From: Bacillota bacterium
Lineage (GTDB): Bacteria; Bacillota; Ch66; Ch109
Assembly (NCBI GenBank): GCA_050952625.1
Contig: JBMNLH010000001.1
Coordinates: 832,001 to 896,000 of the forward strand
Length of the DNA stretch: 64,000 nt
Reading direction: 5' to 3'
Shown: positions 52,429-61,585 of the stretch, in pieces
How positions within the stretch are numbered: the first letter of the stretch is position 1
Layout: each line of letters starts with the position of its first letter
Notes under the pieces: model-generated
The model's database searches: none
The model's input: the letters and a program-made list of their open reading frames with translations, nothing else
Told to the model about the DNA's origin: nothing
Translations under genes and position numbers: made by a program

Positions 52429-53346
52429 TTGAACCTAAAAGGGATTCAAGTAGCGGTTTTAGGTGGAGATGACCGCGAATTGATACTAATACCGGAATTG
52501 GTTAAAATGGGAGCTAGAGTAATGGTAGTCGGATTTCCTCAACGCCCTGAACTGGCCGGCGCGCAGCTAGTAGACACACTGGAGGAGGCTCTGATAGGAG
52601 CCCAAGCTGTAGTTATGCCGATGCCAGGGACTGATGATAAAGGAAATATTCGAGCTGTTTATTCGGAAAAGAAACTAGAGTTAACAGAAAAATTGGTAAG
52701 AAGGCTTCCGCCGCAGACAACAGTAATAATCGGGGTGGCCCGATCTTTTTTAAAAGAGTGGGCGGTTAAGTACCGTCTAAACTTAATAGAGATTGCAGAA
52801 ATGGACCATATCGCTATTTTAAACTCTATTCCGTCCGCCGAAGGGGCTATTCAGATTGCTATGGAAAATGTACCGATTACCATACACGGTAGTCAATCCT
52901 GGGTATTAGGGTTTGGCCGGGTAGGAAAGACATTGGCCCGAATGCTTCAAGGATTAGGAGCATTTACAACGGTTTGTGCTCGAAACCCAGCTGATTTGGC
53001 GCGGATCTGGGAAATGGGTTATCGGGGGATTACTTTTGATCAAATGTCGGAAAAAATCGAGAAAGCCGATATTATCTTTAATACTGTGCCAGCTATGGTA
53101 TTAAACAAGGAAGTGCTATTAAAGTGTAGCCCGGAAGTAGTAATTGTTGATTTGGCTTCGCAGCCTGGCGGAACTGACTTTCAGTGGGCAGATAACTTAG
53201 GAATTAAAGCGATTTTGGCCCCTGGTTTGCCGGGAAAAGTAGCTCCCCGAACAGCCGGTAAAATACTAGCCCAAGTAGTTCCGGATCTAATAATTGAGGG
53301 TGTTAGACAAAAATTAGAAAGGCATACGGTATCTGAAGCAACCTGA
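52429..53346 (+). CDS. dpaA: Dipicolinate synthase subunit A (SpoVFA)
   Basis: LGGDDRE, NSIPSAEGAI, GFGRVG, DLASQPGGTDF, LPGKVAPRTAG. Confidence 0.96.
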   Translation: MNLKGIQVAVLGGDDRELILIPELVKMGARVMVVGFPQRPELAGAQLVDTLEEALIGAQAVVMPMPGTDDKGNIRAVYSEKKLELTEKLVRRLPPQTTVIIGVARSFLKEWAVKYRLNLIEIAEMDHIAILNSIPSAEGAIQIAMENVPITIHGSQSWVLGFGRVGKTLARMLQGLGAFTTVCARNPADLARIWEMGYRGITFDQMSEKIEKADIIFNTVPAMVLNKEVLLKCSPEVVIVDLASQPGGTDFQWADNLGIKAILAPGLPGKVAPRTAGKILAQVVPDLIIEGVRQKLERHTVSEAT

Positions 53347-53407
53347 TGTTTTCCAAGATTTGTTTTTCAGAGGTAAAAAAGTTCGTTATCTTGAATCCGT
53401 TTTTTTC

Positions 53408-53432
53408 GACACTCAACTGGGTGTCTTTTTTT
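53408..53432 (+). terminator. Intrinsic terminator after dpaA
   Basis: GACACTC-AACT-GGGTGTC followed by T7. Confidence 0.75.
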
Positions 53433-53544
53433 GTCTGAATGTAAAGACTCCTACTTCTCTAAGGTGCGGTTTACCTTGTTTAAACTTCGGGTGGGTAAAG
53501 TCTCCAGCTGAGGCCTCGATGTTCAGCGAACTGAAGAGGTCACT
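53431..53544 (+). mobile_element. ~115-bp dispersed repeat, copy B
   Basis: Alignable by eye to 35251-35368; ends GATGTTCAGCGAACTGAAGAGGTCACT. Confidence 0.65.
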
Positions 53545-53681
53545 ACTTGTGCGCTCAGGACTTGTTTTCACAATAATGTAATGTATATATTGTGAAATAT
53601 TGTTCCTGCCAATGCAGGATTATTCATAATTGAAGTCAAAATGTATTATAGTAAATTGGCCATTGAAAAGGGGGTAAGCCG

Positions 53682-54530
53682 ATGCTTATTCAGATGACTA
53701 CCGGGGCTAAATCAGTGGCACCAATGTCTTGCACTGTTTTTTTGTCACACATTGTGGTTTGCCTGGAAGGAGATATCGGCAAGGAAGTCTGGTTTCAGAT
53801 AAAAGACCGAGGTCCTTGTCGATTTGGCCGAATTGATTACTGGGTTAACGGCGAAAGACAGTTTGTGGAAGGTCTATGCACTAAAGATGAACAGCCTTAC
53901 CTGCCGGTCAGTATAGAGGAGTGTGATTTGTTTATTTTAGTTGGCCAGACTGAGCAAATTCTAAAATATCGCGAGATAACCAGGGGTTCAAGGGTGATGA
54001 ATCTGATAATAACTCTAGACGAAGGGGATGATTATGTTCACCTTAAAGAAACATGGGGTTCAGAAAAAACTGTTTTTACGGGGATACAAGCCGATCCTCA
54101 ATCTAAAGAAGCGATTGATTGCTTAAGCTTGGTCTTAGACTCGTTGGTAGGGTTATTTAACTATTATGAATATGGATTGGTTCGATTTAGTTTGTATGAT
54201 CTCCGGCATATCTGGTCCGATGGTTCTGATTTAGGGATTGAGTACCATCAACTAAGGCTTAGTCAAATGGCCGGCGAAAGTAAGACGCCCCAACTAATAA
54301 GCCATTCAAGTTCGAGGTTAACCAAAACAGAGCCCGCTCAAGATCTTGATAGTCTTTTAATCGTTGTTCGCGGGCCTGAAGATCTTTCCCCGGAGCTCAT
54401 GGAGGTCGTGGTGCATACAACCCGGGCTGAAAGAGAAGGAATCGAAGGAATACATTGGTATGCAATAGGCTGTTCGACAAAATCCGAATGGGTTGAAGGA
54501 ATTGTTTTCTTATGCCATAAAAAGGGTTAA
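53682..54530 (+). CDS. Hypothetical protein, apparent highly degenerate FtsZ/tubulin-fold homolog
   Basis: SD AAAGGGGG; segments colinear with FtsZ (see findings); no GGGTGTG motif. Confidence 0.55.
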   Translation: [282 protein letters not shown]

Positions 54531-54635
54531 GGTTTTTTGTGTTTTGCTGTAGGCCTATTGTTATACGTAAGAAATTAGAATATAATGAATAAAGGAAATA
54601 ATATAATAAGATGCCAACCGAAAGGGGTGGTGGCC

Positions 54636-54890
54636 ATGATTAGAACCTGTAGTACGTGTGCTAGATCAGAGAGTCACCGCTGGTGTTGTATTCGGGAAAG
54701 GTTGAGGCTGGCTGGAAATGATTTATCCAGAGTTTTTTGGGAGAGAATGGAAGAAGTAGAGGCAGGTTTTTTAAGAGACCATGAAGTAGGGGTAAAATTT
54801 GGTGCGGACCTGTTGATTGATTTTCAAGTATATACATGTCCGAGGTGGATTGAACAAGAACAGAAGGAACTGAGTGCTAGTTTAGGTTAG
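54636..54890 (+). CDS. Small Cys-rich hypothetical protein
   Basis: SD AAAGGGGTG before ATG 54636; CSTC-x8-CC...CPRW. Confidence 0.65.
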   Translation: MIRTCSTCARSESHRWCCIRERLRLAGNDLSRVFWERMEEVEAGFLRDHEVGVKFGADLLIDFQVYTCPRWIEQEQKELSASLG

Positions 54891-55007
54891 CGTTTTTTTG
54901 TTTTTTACGCAAATAGTGATGAGTGGCAATTGGTGGTTAGAAAAAATAATTCCGGTTAATTCACAAAGTGTCTTCATTCTTGATTGTAGACCTCTAATAG
55001 ATGATCT

Positions 55008-55107
55008 TTATCTGTGTGCAAGGGCCCCTGCTCTTTATGAGCGGGGGTTTAGCTTTTTAATGCCTTAGGCTAATTAGCGTCTTCATCTGAAGCTTTGATG
55101 TTCGGCC
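55008..55107 (+). mobile_element. Dispersed repeat, copy C (more degenerate, 3' truncated)
   Basis: TTATCTG start, CCCCTGCTC-TTTAT-GAGCGGGG hairpin, GTCTTCATCTGAAGCTTTGATGTTC matches copies A and B. Confidence 0.55.
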
Positions 55108-55174
55108 AAATTTTATTTTTATCAACAATAGATCATCTGTCAAACAAGGACTGTATTTTGACTGAAGTCGTTTC

Positions 55175-55205
55175 AGCACCTCTCAGGGGTTTTTTTCATA
55201 TAGTA
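55175..55205 (+). promoter_or_regulatory. sigma-K-type promoter of dpaB
   Basis: AGCAC-N17-CATATAGTA. Confidence 0.65.
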
Positions 55206-55253
55206 CTAGTAGATAACAGGGGAGAACAAACGACCCGAAGAGAGGTGTATTAG

Positions 55254-55871
55254 ATGCGACTTGAGGGCAAGAGAATTGGGTTCGTTGTAACCGGTTCCCA
55301 CTGCACCATAGAAGAGGTACTACCAGAAATCACTCGTCTTATTGAAGAGGGTGCTGAGGTTTATCCGATAGTATCTGATTCAGTGAGTACTACCGATACC
55401 CGTTTTGGCACTGCGGAATACTGGAAAGAATCATTAGAGAAACGCACGGGACATCGGGTTATTAGTTCAATCGTCGAGGCTGAGCCAATTGGCACGCAGA
55501 AACGGTATGATCTAGTCATCATTGCCCCTTGCACCGGCAATACACTGGCTAAATTAGCCAACGGCATAACCGATACGCCAGCCTTGATGGCCGCCAAAGC
55601 TCATCTCAGGAATTTACGCCCGATAGTCCTGGCGATATCAACTAACGATGGTCTGGGGATCAATGCCAAAAATCTCGGCCTAATAATGAATATGAAAAAC
55701 ATTTATCTGGTACCTTTTGGACAGGATAATCCTTGGGAAAAGGCGAATTCTTTAGTAGCCCACCTTGACTTATTAATGGATACAGTAATCGCTGCCTTAG
55801 AGGGCAGGCAACTTCAGCCGGTTCTACTAAGTCCCAGAGCCGCTCGATCTTGTGTTGCTTCAATTGATTAA
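55254..55871 (+). CDS. dpaB: Dipicolinate synthase subunit B (SpoVFB)
   Basis: TGSHCT, APCTGNTLAKLANGITD, STNDGL, VPFGQD. Confidence 0.97.
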   Translation: MRLEGKRIGFVVTGSHCTIEEVLPEITRLIEEGAEVYPIVSDSVSTTDTRFGTAEYWKESLEKRTGHRVISSIVEAEPIGTQKRYDLVIIAPCTGNTLAKLANGITDTPALMAAKAHLRNLRPIVLAISTNDGLGINAKNLGLIMNMKNIYLVPFGQDNPWEKANSLVAHLDLLMDTVIAALEGRQLQPVLLSPRAARSCVASID

Positions 55872-56066
55872 ATTTATTTTGGTGTTACTAATTAATTCAA
55901 ATCATCGTATCCAGATAATGAAGCCGAACCGGTAAAGGAAAATAATAACCCGGCTAAACCCTCAAAAGTTTGTTCTTTAAATTTCTTTTCTCATGGTAGT
56001 TGCATTGTGCTAAAATGGTGAAAAATAATCAGGCTAGTCGGGCGGCCTGGACTGCAGGAGGTACTG

Positions 56067-57080
56067 ATGGTGAAGGAGTTAAAAGTAGCAGTAGTTGGAG
56101 CAACTGGAGCTGTTGGGCAAGAGATGTTAAGGGGTTTAGAAGAACGTAATTTTCCGATTACTAAATTGAAAGCATTGGCTGCTCCTGAAGAAGCAGGGAC
56201 CCTGGTTCGTTTTCGGGGTGAGGATCACGTGGTTGAAGCGGCAGCCCCAGAATCATTTGAGGGTTGCCAGATCGCTTTATTTGCCGCTGGAGAGGTTGTG
56301 CGGTGGCTCGGACCAGAGGCAGTTAAACGAGGAGCGGTAGTGGTCGATAACAGCAATACCTTTCGCATGGATCCCACGGTACCGTTGATCGTCCCGGAGG
56401 TAAATCCGGAAGATGTTCGTAATCACCAGGGAATTATCGCTAATCCTAATTGTTCAACGATTATTATGGTGGTCGCCCTTAAACCTTTACATGATGCAGC
56501 TCGTATCAAACGGGTAGTCGTATCTACCTATCAGGCGGTATCCGGGGCCGGGGTAGCCGGGTTAAAAGAACTGGATGTTCAGACCAGGCAGTTGTTGGCT
56601 GAGGAAAAAATAAAACCTGAGGTTTTTCAACACCAGATCGGTTTTAATTTAATACCCCATATTGATGTTTTTGAGGAAAACGGGTATACCAAGGAAGAGT
56701 TAAAGATGCTTTATGAAACCCGTAAAATCATGCATGAACCAGAAATGAAAGTAAGTGCCACGGCTGTACGAGTACCCGTTTTCCGCAGTCACTCAGAGTC
56801 AATTAATATTGAAACCGAGAAAAAACTGACCGCAGCGGAAGCTCGTCAGATTTTAAGCCGTGCCCCTGGGATTATTGTGCAGGATGATCCGGGTCAAAAT
56901 AAATACCCAATGCCGGTTTTTACCGCCCATACAGATGAGGTCTTTGTCGGGCGGATTCGGGAAGACTTGTCAATCGAGAATGGACTGAACTTTTGGGTAG
57001 CAGCAGACCAAATCCGTAAAGGAGCAGCTATTAACACCATTCAAATTGCGGAAATTTTAGTTAGAGAGAATCTGGTCTAA
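56067..57080 (+). CDS. asd: Aspartate-semialdehyde dehydrogenase
   Basis: GATGAVG, NPNCST, TYQAVSGAG, VRVPVFRSHSE. Confidence 0.98.
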   Translation: MVKELKVAVVGATGAVGQEMLRGLEERNFPITKLKALAAPEEAGTLVRFRGEDHVVEAAAPESFEGCQIALFAAGEVVRWLGPEAVKRGAVVVDNSNTFRMDPTVPLIVPEVNPEDVRNHQGIIANPNCSTIIMVVALKPLHDAARIKRVVVSTYQAVSGAGVAGLKELDVQTRQLLAEEKIKPEVFQHQIGFNLIPHIDVFEENGYTKEELKMLYETRKIMHEPEMKVSATAVRVPVFRSHSESINIETEKKLTAAEARQILSRAPGIIVQDDPGQNKYPMPVFTAHTDEVFVGRIREDLSIENGLNFWVAADQIRKGAAINTIQIAEILVRENLV

Positions 57081-57158
57081 TAATTAAATCTGAATACGCG
57101 ATAATCTTTGGCATTGGGCAGATTGCAGGTTCGTGAAATTTAATAGGAGCTGGTTTTT

Positions 57159-58379
57159 GTGCGAATTATCGTTCAGAAGTTTGGTGGCTCCTCGATGGCT
57201 TCGGTTGCCCAAAGGCAGAGAGTGTGTCAACGAATCAGTGAAGCGATTCAAGCCGGTTACTCTGTCGTCGTGGTTGTTTCCGCGATGGGACGGTCCGGTG
57301 ATCCCTATGCCACTGATACCCTGATTAATTTAATTCGCGAAGTATTTTCAGACTGCCCAAAGCGGGAACTGGATCTACTGATGTCGTGTGGAGAGATAAT
57401 TTCCTGTACAATCTTAGCCGCTAACTTGATGCAATTAGGGTATGATGTGGTAGCCCTTACTGGACGGGATGCCGGGATTATCACTGATAGCAACTTCGGT
57501 GACGCCCGGATCATTCGAATTATTCCAACCATTATCTTAGAGCATTTGAAAAAGAATAAAGTTGTTGTAGTGGCTGGTTTTCAGGGAGTATCTGAAGATG
57601 GTGACATTACCACCTTGGGACGAGGCGGAAGCGATACCTCTGCCTGTGCCTTAGGGGTCGCCCTGGGGGCTGAGGTAATTGATATCTTTACTGATGTCGA
57701 GGGGATTATGACCGCTGATCCTCGAATTGTAGAAAATGCACGTCTTTTGGAAATGGTAACCTATAATGAAATCTGCCATCTAGCTCAGCAGGGGGCTAAG
57801 GTTATTCACCCACGCGCGGTCGAGATCGCCATGCAAAAAAATATTCCGGTTCGAGTCCGCTCAACCTTTTCGGATAGTTTGGGAACCTTAGTCAGTAGTT
57901 TAAGTAAAAGGATGGAACTAGGAACGGATATTCGGAGTGATCAATTAATTACTGGCGTAACTCAGATTCCGAACGTTACCCAACTGAGCATAACCCTGGA
58001 TCAAGCGAACCCGTTAGAGGCTTCAGCAAGAATATTTGGTTGCTTAGCTCAGGCGGGCATTAGTGTCGATTTTATTAATGTTCACCCAGACGTAGTAATT
58101 TTTACGGTGGCTGAGGAAGTAGCGGAAAAAGCCGTTTGGATTCTGCGGCAGCATAATTTTGAACCCCGGATACGTTCTAGTTGTGCTAAAGTATCGGTTG
58201 TGGGGGCTGGGATGGCCGGGATGCCCGGGGTTATGGCCTCAATTGTTGAGGCACTTGCTCAGGAAGATATTCCTATTTTGCAGTCGGCTGATTCTCATAC
58301 GACCATTTGGTGTCTGGTTGAACGTCAATACATGGAAAAAGCAGTCCGGGCTCTCCACCGAGCTTTTCAGTTGGGTTGA
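57159..58379 (+). CDS. dapG: Aspartokinase I
   Basis: QKFGGSS, VSAMG..GDPYATDTL, LGRGGSDT, ILQSADSHTTIW; between asd and dapA. Confidence 0.95.
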   Translation: MRIIVQKFGGSSMASVAQRQRVCQRISEAIQAGYSVVVVVSAMGRSGDPYATDTLINLIREVFSDCPKRELDLLMSCGEIISCTILAANLMQLGYDVVALTGRDAGIITDSNFGDARIIRIIPTIILEHLKKNKVVVVAGFQGVSEDGDITTLGRGGSDTSACALGVALGAEVIDIFTDVEGIMTADPRIVENARLLEMVTYNEICHLAQQGAKVIHPRAVEIAMQKNIPVRVRSTFSDSLGTLVSSLSKRMELGTDIRSDQLITGVTQIPNVTQLSITLDQANPLEASARIFGCLAQAGISVDFINVHPDVVIFTVAEEVAEKAVWILRQHNFEPRIRSSCAKVSVVGAGMAGMPGVMASIVEALAQEDIPILQSADSHTTIWCLVERQYMEKAVRALHRAFQLG

Positions 58380-58429
58380 GTTAAGGATGAATTAAAAAAC
58401 AATAAGTATGATGGGGTGGTGAAAAACAA

Positions 58430-59311
58430 ATGAAGGATTTTGGCAGGGTATTGACCGCGATGGTGACCCCCTTTGACGATGAAGGTAAGGTTGATCTCGC
58501 TAGAGCTAAAACCTTGGCCAAGCACCTGGTGAAGAACGGCTCTGATGGTTTGGTGGTCACCGGGACGACTGGGGAATCGCCGACCCTTACCCACGAAGAA
58601 AAACTTCAAATGTATACCGCAGTCAAGGAGGCTGTAGGGGGAAAAGCCTCAGTGATTGCTGGTACCGGATCAAACAACACAGCATCAACGCTAGATCTGA
58701 CGAGAGAAGCCGAAAAACTAGGCGTAGACGGAGTAATGCTGGTTGCCCCTTATTATAATAAGCCGTCTCAAGAGGGAATGTACCAACACTTTCGGACGGT
58801 CGCTGAAAAAACAAATCTGCCGGTCATTCTATATAACGTGCCCGGGCGGACTTCTTCTAATTTATTGCCGCCAACTGTTGCTCGACTGGCCCAGATAGAT
58901 AACGTGGTCGCCGTTAAAGAGGCTTCGGGCAGTCTCGACCAAGTTTCTGAACTTATGAGCCAAATACCTAACGATTTTATCGTTTATAGTGGCGATGATT
59001 CTTTAACCTTGCCGATGCTGGCTTTGGGAGCCTACGGGATTATTAGCGTCGTTTCGCATGTAGCTGGTCGCGAAATCCAAGAAATGGTTCGGGCCTATGT
59101 CAGTGGGGATACCCAAAAGGCTAGGACCATGCATTTAATGCTTTTCCCCTTATTTAAAACAATGTTTATTACCACTAATCCTGTACCAGTCAAAGCAGCC
59201 CTAAACCTGCAAGGGCATCAGGTTGGTCGGCCGCGTCTGCCCCTGACTGAAGCCACAGCCGCAGAAATCGAGACCATTAGCAATGCCTTAAGGAGATTTG
59301 GGTTGCTATAG
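58430..59311 (+). CDS. dapA: 4-hydroxy-tetrahydrodipicolinate synthase
   Basis: GTTGES, PYYNKP, YNVPGRT, VKEASG. Confidence 0.98.
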   Translation: MKDFGRVLTAMVTPFDDEGKVDLARAKTLAKHLVKNGSDGLVVTGTTGESPTLTHEEKLQMYTAVKEAVGGKASVIAGTGSNNTASTLDLTREAEKLGVDGVMLVAPYYNKPSQEGMYQHFRTVAEKTNLPVILYNVPGRTSSNLLPPTVARLAQIDNVVAVKEASGSLDQVSELMSQIPNDFIVYSGDDSLTLPMLALGAYGIISVVSHVAGREIQEMVRAYVSGDTQKARTMHLMLFPLFKTMFITTNPVPVKAALNLQGHQVGRPRLPLTEATAAEIETISNALRRFGLL

Positions 59312-59391
59312 TTGCCGGAGAAGAATTATACTAAGCCAGTTCATTTAAAAACAAGCCGTCCGGCCGAGCCCGCAATTAACAATTGGGGGCC

Positions 59392-59448
59392 CAGACTGTC
59401 GACAAACACCGTTTTCAAGCCGCAAGGCAGGAAAGCGGTGTTTCTTTT
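59392..59448. mobile_element. Solo IS1182-like terminal sequence fused to a terminator-like hairpin
   Basis: CAGACTGTCGACAAA resembles recalled IS1182-family ends; AAACACCGTTTTC / GAAAGCGGTGTTT stem. Confidence 0.5.
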
Positions 59449-59478
59449 AAATCAATGATTTATGAATAGATGAATGAC

Positions 59479-59507
59479 TTGCATCTTGTTTTTTGGGAGG
59501 TTATAAT
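59479..59507 (+). promoter_or_regulatory. sigma-A promoter of rnj
   Basis: TTGCAT-N17-TATAAT. Confidence 0.8.
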
Positions 59508-59774
59508 TATTTTTGAGTAGGTTGTTCGGTGTACCCTGATCGAGCATCCCGGAATCTCCGGGATTATTTATTTGGACGGAAATGCTTAAGACTAATTCTG
59601 TTTTGAAATATTGAGTTAACTCTGCTAGGGAACAGCATCGGAGATTACTACTTGAGCTTCAGCAGAGACTCAAAAGTGTCAAACCGGATTGGCTGGTAGA
59701 GAGGGGAGTCAACAATCAAAGTATATGGTTTCGTTTAAGATGGACGGGAAGCGAAGCCAGCAGGAGGTGGACTT

Positions 59775-61436
59775 TTGGCGACCAGTGAAAAACTAAATAT
59801 TATCCCGCTTGGAGGCCTTGGAGAGATCGGGAAAAATATGACTGTTATTAGGTACGGGCAGGATATTGTTGTGGTTGACTGTGGATTGAAATTTCCTGAA
59901 GATGAACTTTTGGGTATAGATGTGGTAATACCCGACGTTCAGTATCTCAAGGAAAACCGGGAACATGTGCGGGCAATTGTCCTAACTCATGGACATGAGG
60001 ATCATATCGGAGCGTTGCCTTATGTTCTCAGGGACTTATCCGTACCGGTATATGGTACGCAGTTGACTATTGGCATCCTGAAGCAGAAACTGCTTGAACA
60101 TGATCTTCCAGAAGTCGATCTTCGGGTCATTAAACCCCGCGATCTGGTAAGGCTAGGGTGTTTTAAAGTAGAGTTTTTCCGGGTCAGTCACAGCATTGCC
60201 GATGCCGTAGGGATTGCGGTGCACACCCCGATCGGAGTAGTTGTCCACACGGGTGATTTTAAGATGGACCAAACGCCGATTGACGGAGTGGTGATGGATT
60301 ATCATAAACTGGCCGAATTGGGGAATCAGGGTGTACTGGTTCTATTATCCGATAGTACAAACGCGGAGAAGCCTGGCTATACTAAATCCGAACGAGTTGT
60401 CGGAGAATCCTTTGAAGAGACTTTTCGGAATGCCTCGGGACGGATTATTGTAGCTACTTTTGCCTCCAATGTCCATCGATTGCAGCAAGCGATTACGATG
60501 GCGGAAAAGTATGGCCGTCGGGTAGCAGTCATAGGTCGGAGTATGGAAAACGTAGTCAGGATCGCTCATGAATTAGGATATTTACGCTTACCAGAGGGGA
60601 TTTTGATCGAAATGGGTGAGATTAATCGGATTGCTCCGGAACGCCTAGTTGTTTTAACTACTGGCAGTCAGGGAGAGCCGATGTCAGCTCTCACCCGGAT
60701 GGCCATGGCTGATCACCGTTGGGTGGAGATTGTCCCCGGTGATACAGTGGTTATTTCGGCTATCCCTATTCCCGGTAATGAGAAGTTAGTCGCCCGTACG
60801 ATCGACCTGTTGTTTAAAGAGGGAGCCGAGGTGATTTATGAGGCGGCAGCCGGGATGCATGTCTCCGGTCACGCCAATCAGGAAGAACTGAAATTGATGA
60901 TTAACCTGACCCGTCCCAGGTTTTTTGTACCAGTTCATGGAGAATATCGGCATCTAAAAAAACACGCTCAATTAGCTCAATGCGTCGGCATTCCGGCAGA
61001 AAATATTTTTGTCGCGGATAACGGACAGATTCTGGAGTTTACCCGGGACAAAGGTTATAAGAATGGACGAGTAGCGGCCGGTCGCGTTTTGGTTGATGGC
61101 TTGGGTGTGGGAGATGTCGGCAATATTGTCCTGCGTGACCGTAAACAGTTATCTGAGGAAGGAATCATGATTATCGTGGTTACTATCAGTAAGGAGTCAG
61201 GTATGGTTATGGCTGGGCCGGACATTGTGTCCCGTGGTTTCGTTTATGTTCGTGAATCAGAGGCTCTAATGGAAGAGGCCCGGGAACGGGTGCGTCAAGC
61301 CTTAGAAAAGTGTGAAATGCGTCAAGTAACGGAATGGGCGACCATCAAATCAAACATTCGGGAGGTATTAGGGAAATTTCTCTACGAGCGTACCCGAAGG
61401 CGTCCAATGATTTTACCGATTGTGATGGAGGTTTAG
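59775..61436 (+). CDS. rnj: Ribonuclease J
   Basis: PLGGLGEIGKNM, THGHEDHIGA, TGSQGEP, HVSGH, PVHGEYR. Confidence 0.98.
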   Translation: MATSEKLNIIPLGGLGEIGKNMTVIRYGQDIVVVDCGLKFPEDELLGIDVVIPDVQYLKENREHVRAIVLTHGHEDHIGALPYVLRDLSVPVYGTQLTIGILKQKLLEHDLPEVDLRVIKPRDLVRLGCFKVEFFRVSHSIADAVGIAVHTPIGVVVHTGDFKMDQTPIDGVVMDYHKLAELGNQGVLVLLSDSTNAEKPGYTKSERVVGESFEETFRNASGRIIVATFASNVHRLQQAITMAEKYGRRVAVIGRSMENVVRIAHELGYLRLPEGILIEMGEINRIAPERLVVLTTGSQGEPMSALTRMAMADHRWVEIVPGDTVVISAIPIPGNEKLVARTIDLLFKEGAEVIYEAAAGMHVSGHANQEELKLMINLTRPRFFVPVHGEYRHLKKHAQLAQCVGIPAENIFVADNGQILEFTRDKGYKNGRVAAGRVLVDGLGVGDVGNIVLRDRKQLSEEGIMIIVVTISKESGMVMAGPDIVSRGFVYVRESEALMEEARERVRQALEKCEMRQVTEWATIKSNIREVLGKFLYERTRRRPMILPIVMEV

Positions 61437-61551
61437 GCATTAGAGGCCTAGCTTTGCTAAACATGCTGTCTTGGAGTGTCCAATACTAATGTTAATTGAA
61501 ATTCCATGTATAGGGCTTATAGGGCGATGTTGTAAAGGTTGAGTTTCTGAT

Positions 61552-61585
61552 ACGACCGGGGATTAGATATCCTCGGTCGTTTTTT
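61552..61585 (+). terminator. Intrinsic terminator after rnj
   Basis: ACGACCGGGGA / TCCTCGGTCGT plus T5. Confidence 0.85.

Noticed and set aside
53360-53581. 73-aa ORF after dpaA
   Set aside because: TTG start without SD; runs through a terminator and the repeat element.
53604-53645. sigma-H promoter or operator before the FtsZ-like ORF (GCAGGA...GTCAAAAT; TCCTGC-CAAT-GCAGGA palindrome)
   Set aside because: The -10 lacks the GAAT core and the palindrome is only 6 bp; too weak to call.
55872-56066. Lysine riboswitch upstream of asd-dapG-dapA
   Set aside because: No L-box consensus or terminator; the region looks like a plain AT-rich promoter.
58664-58735. Second A/C-ending codon patch inside dapA (about 20 of 24 codons)
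   Set aside because: Short, boundaries chosen after the fact, no adjacent repeat; plausible by chance in 64 kb.
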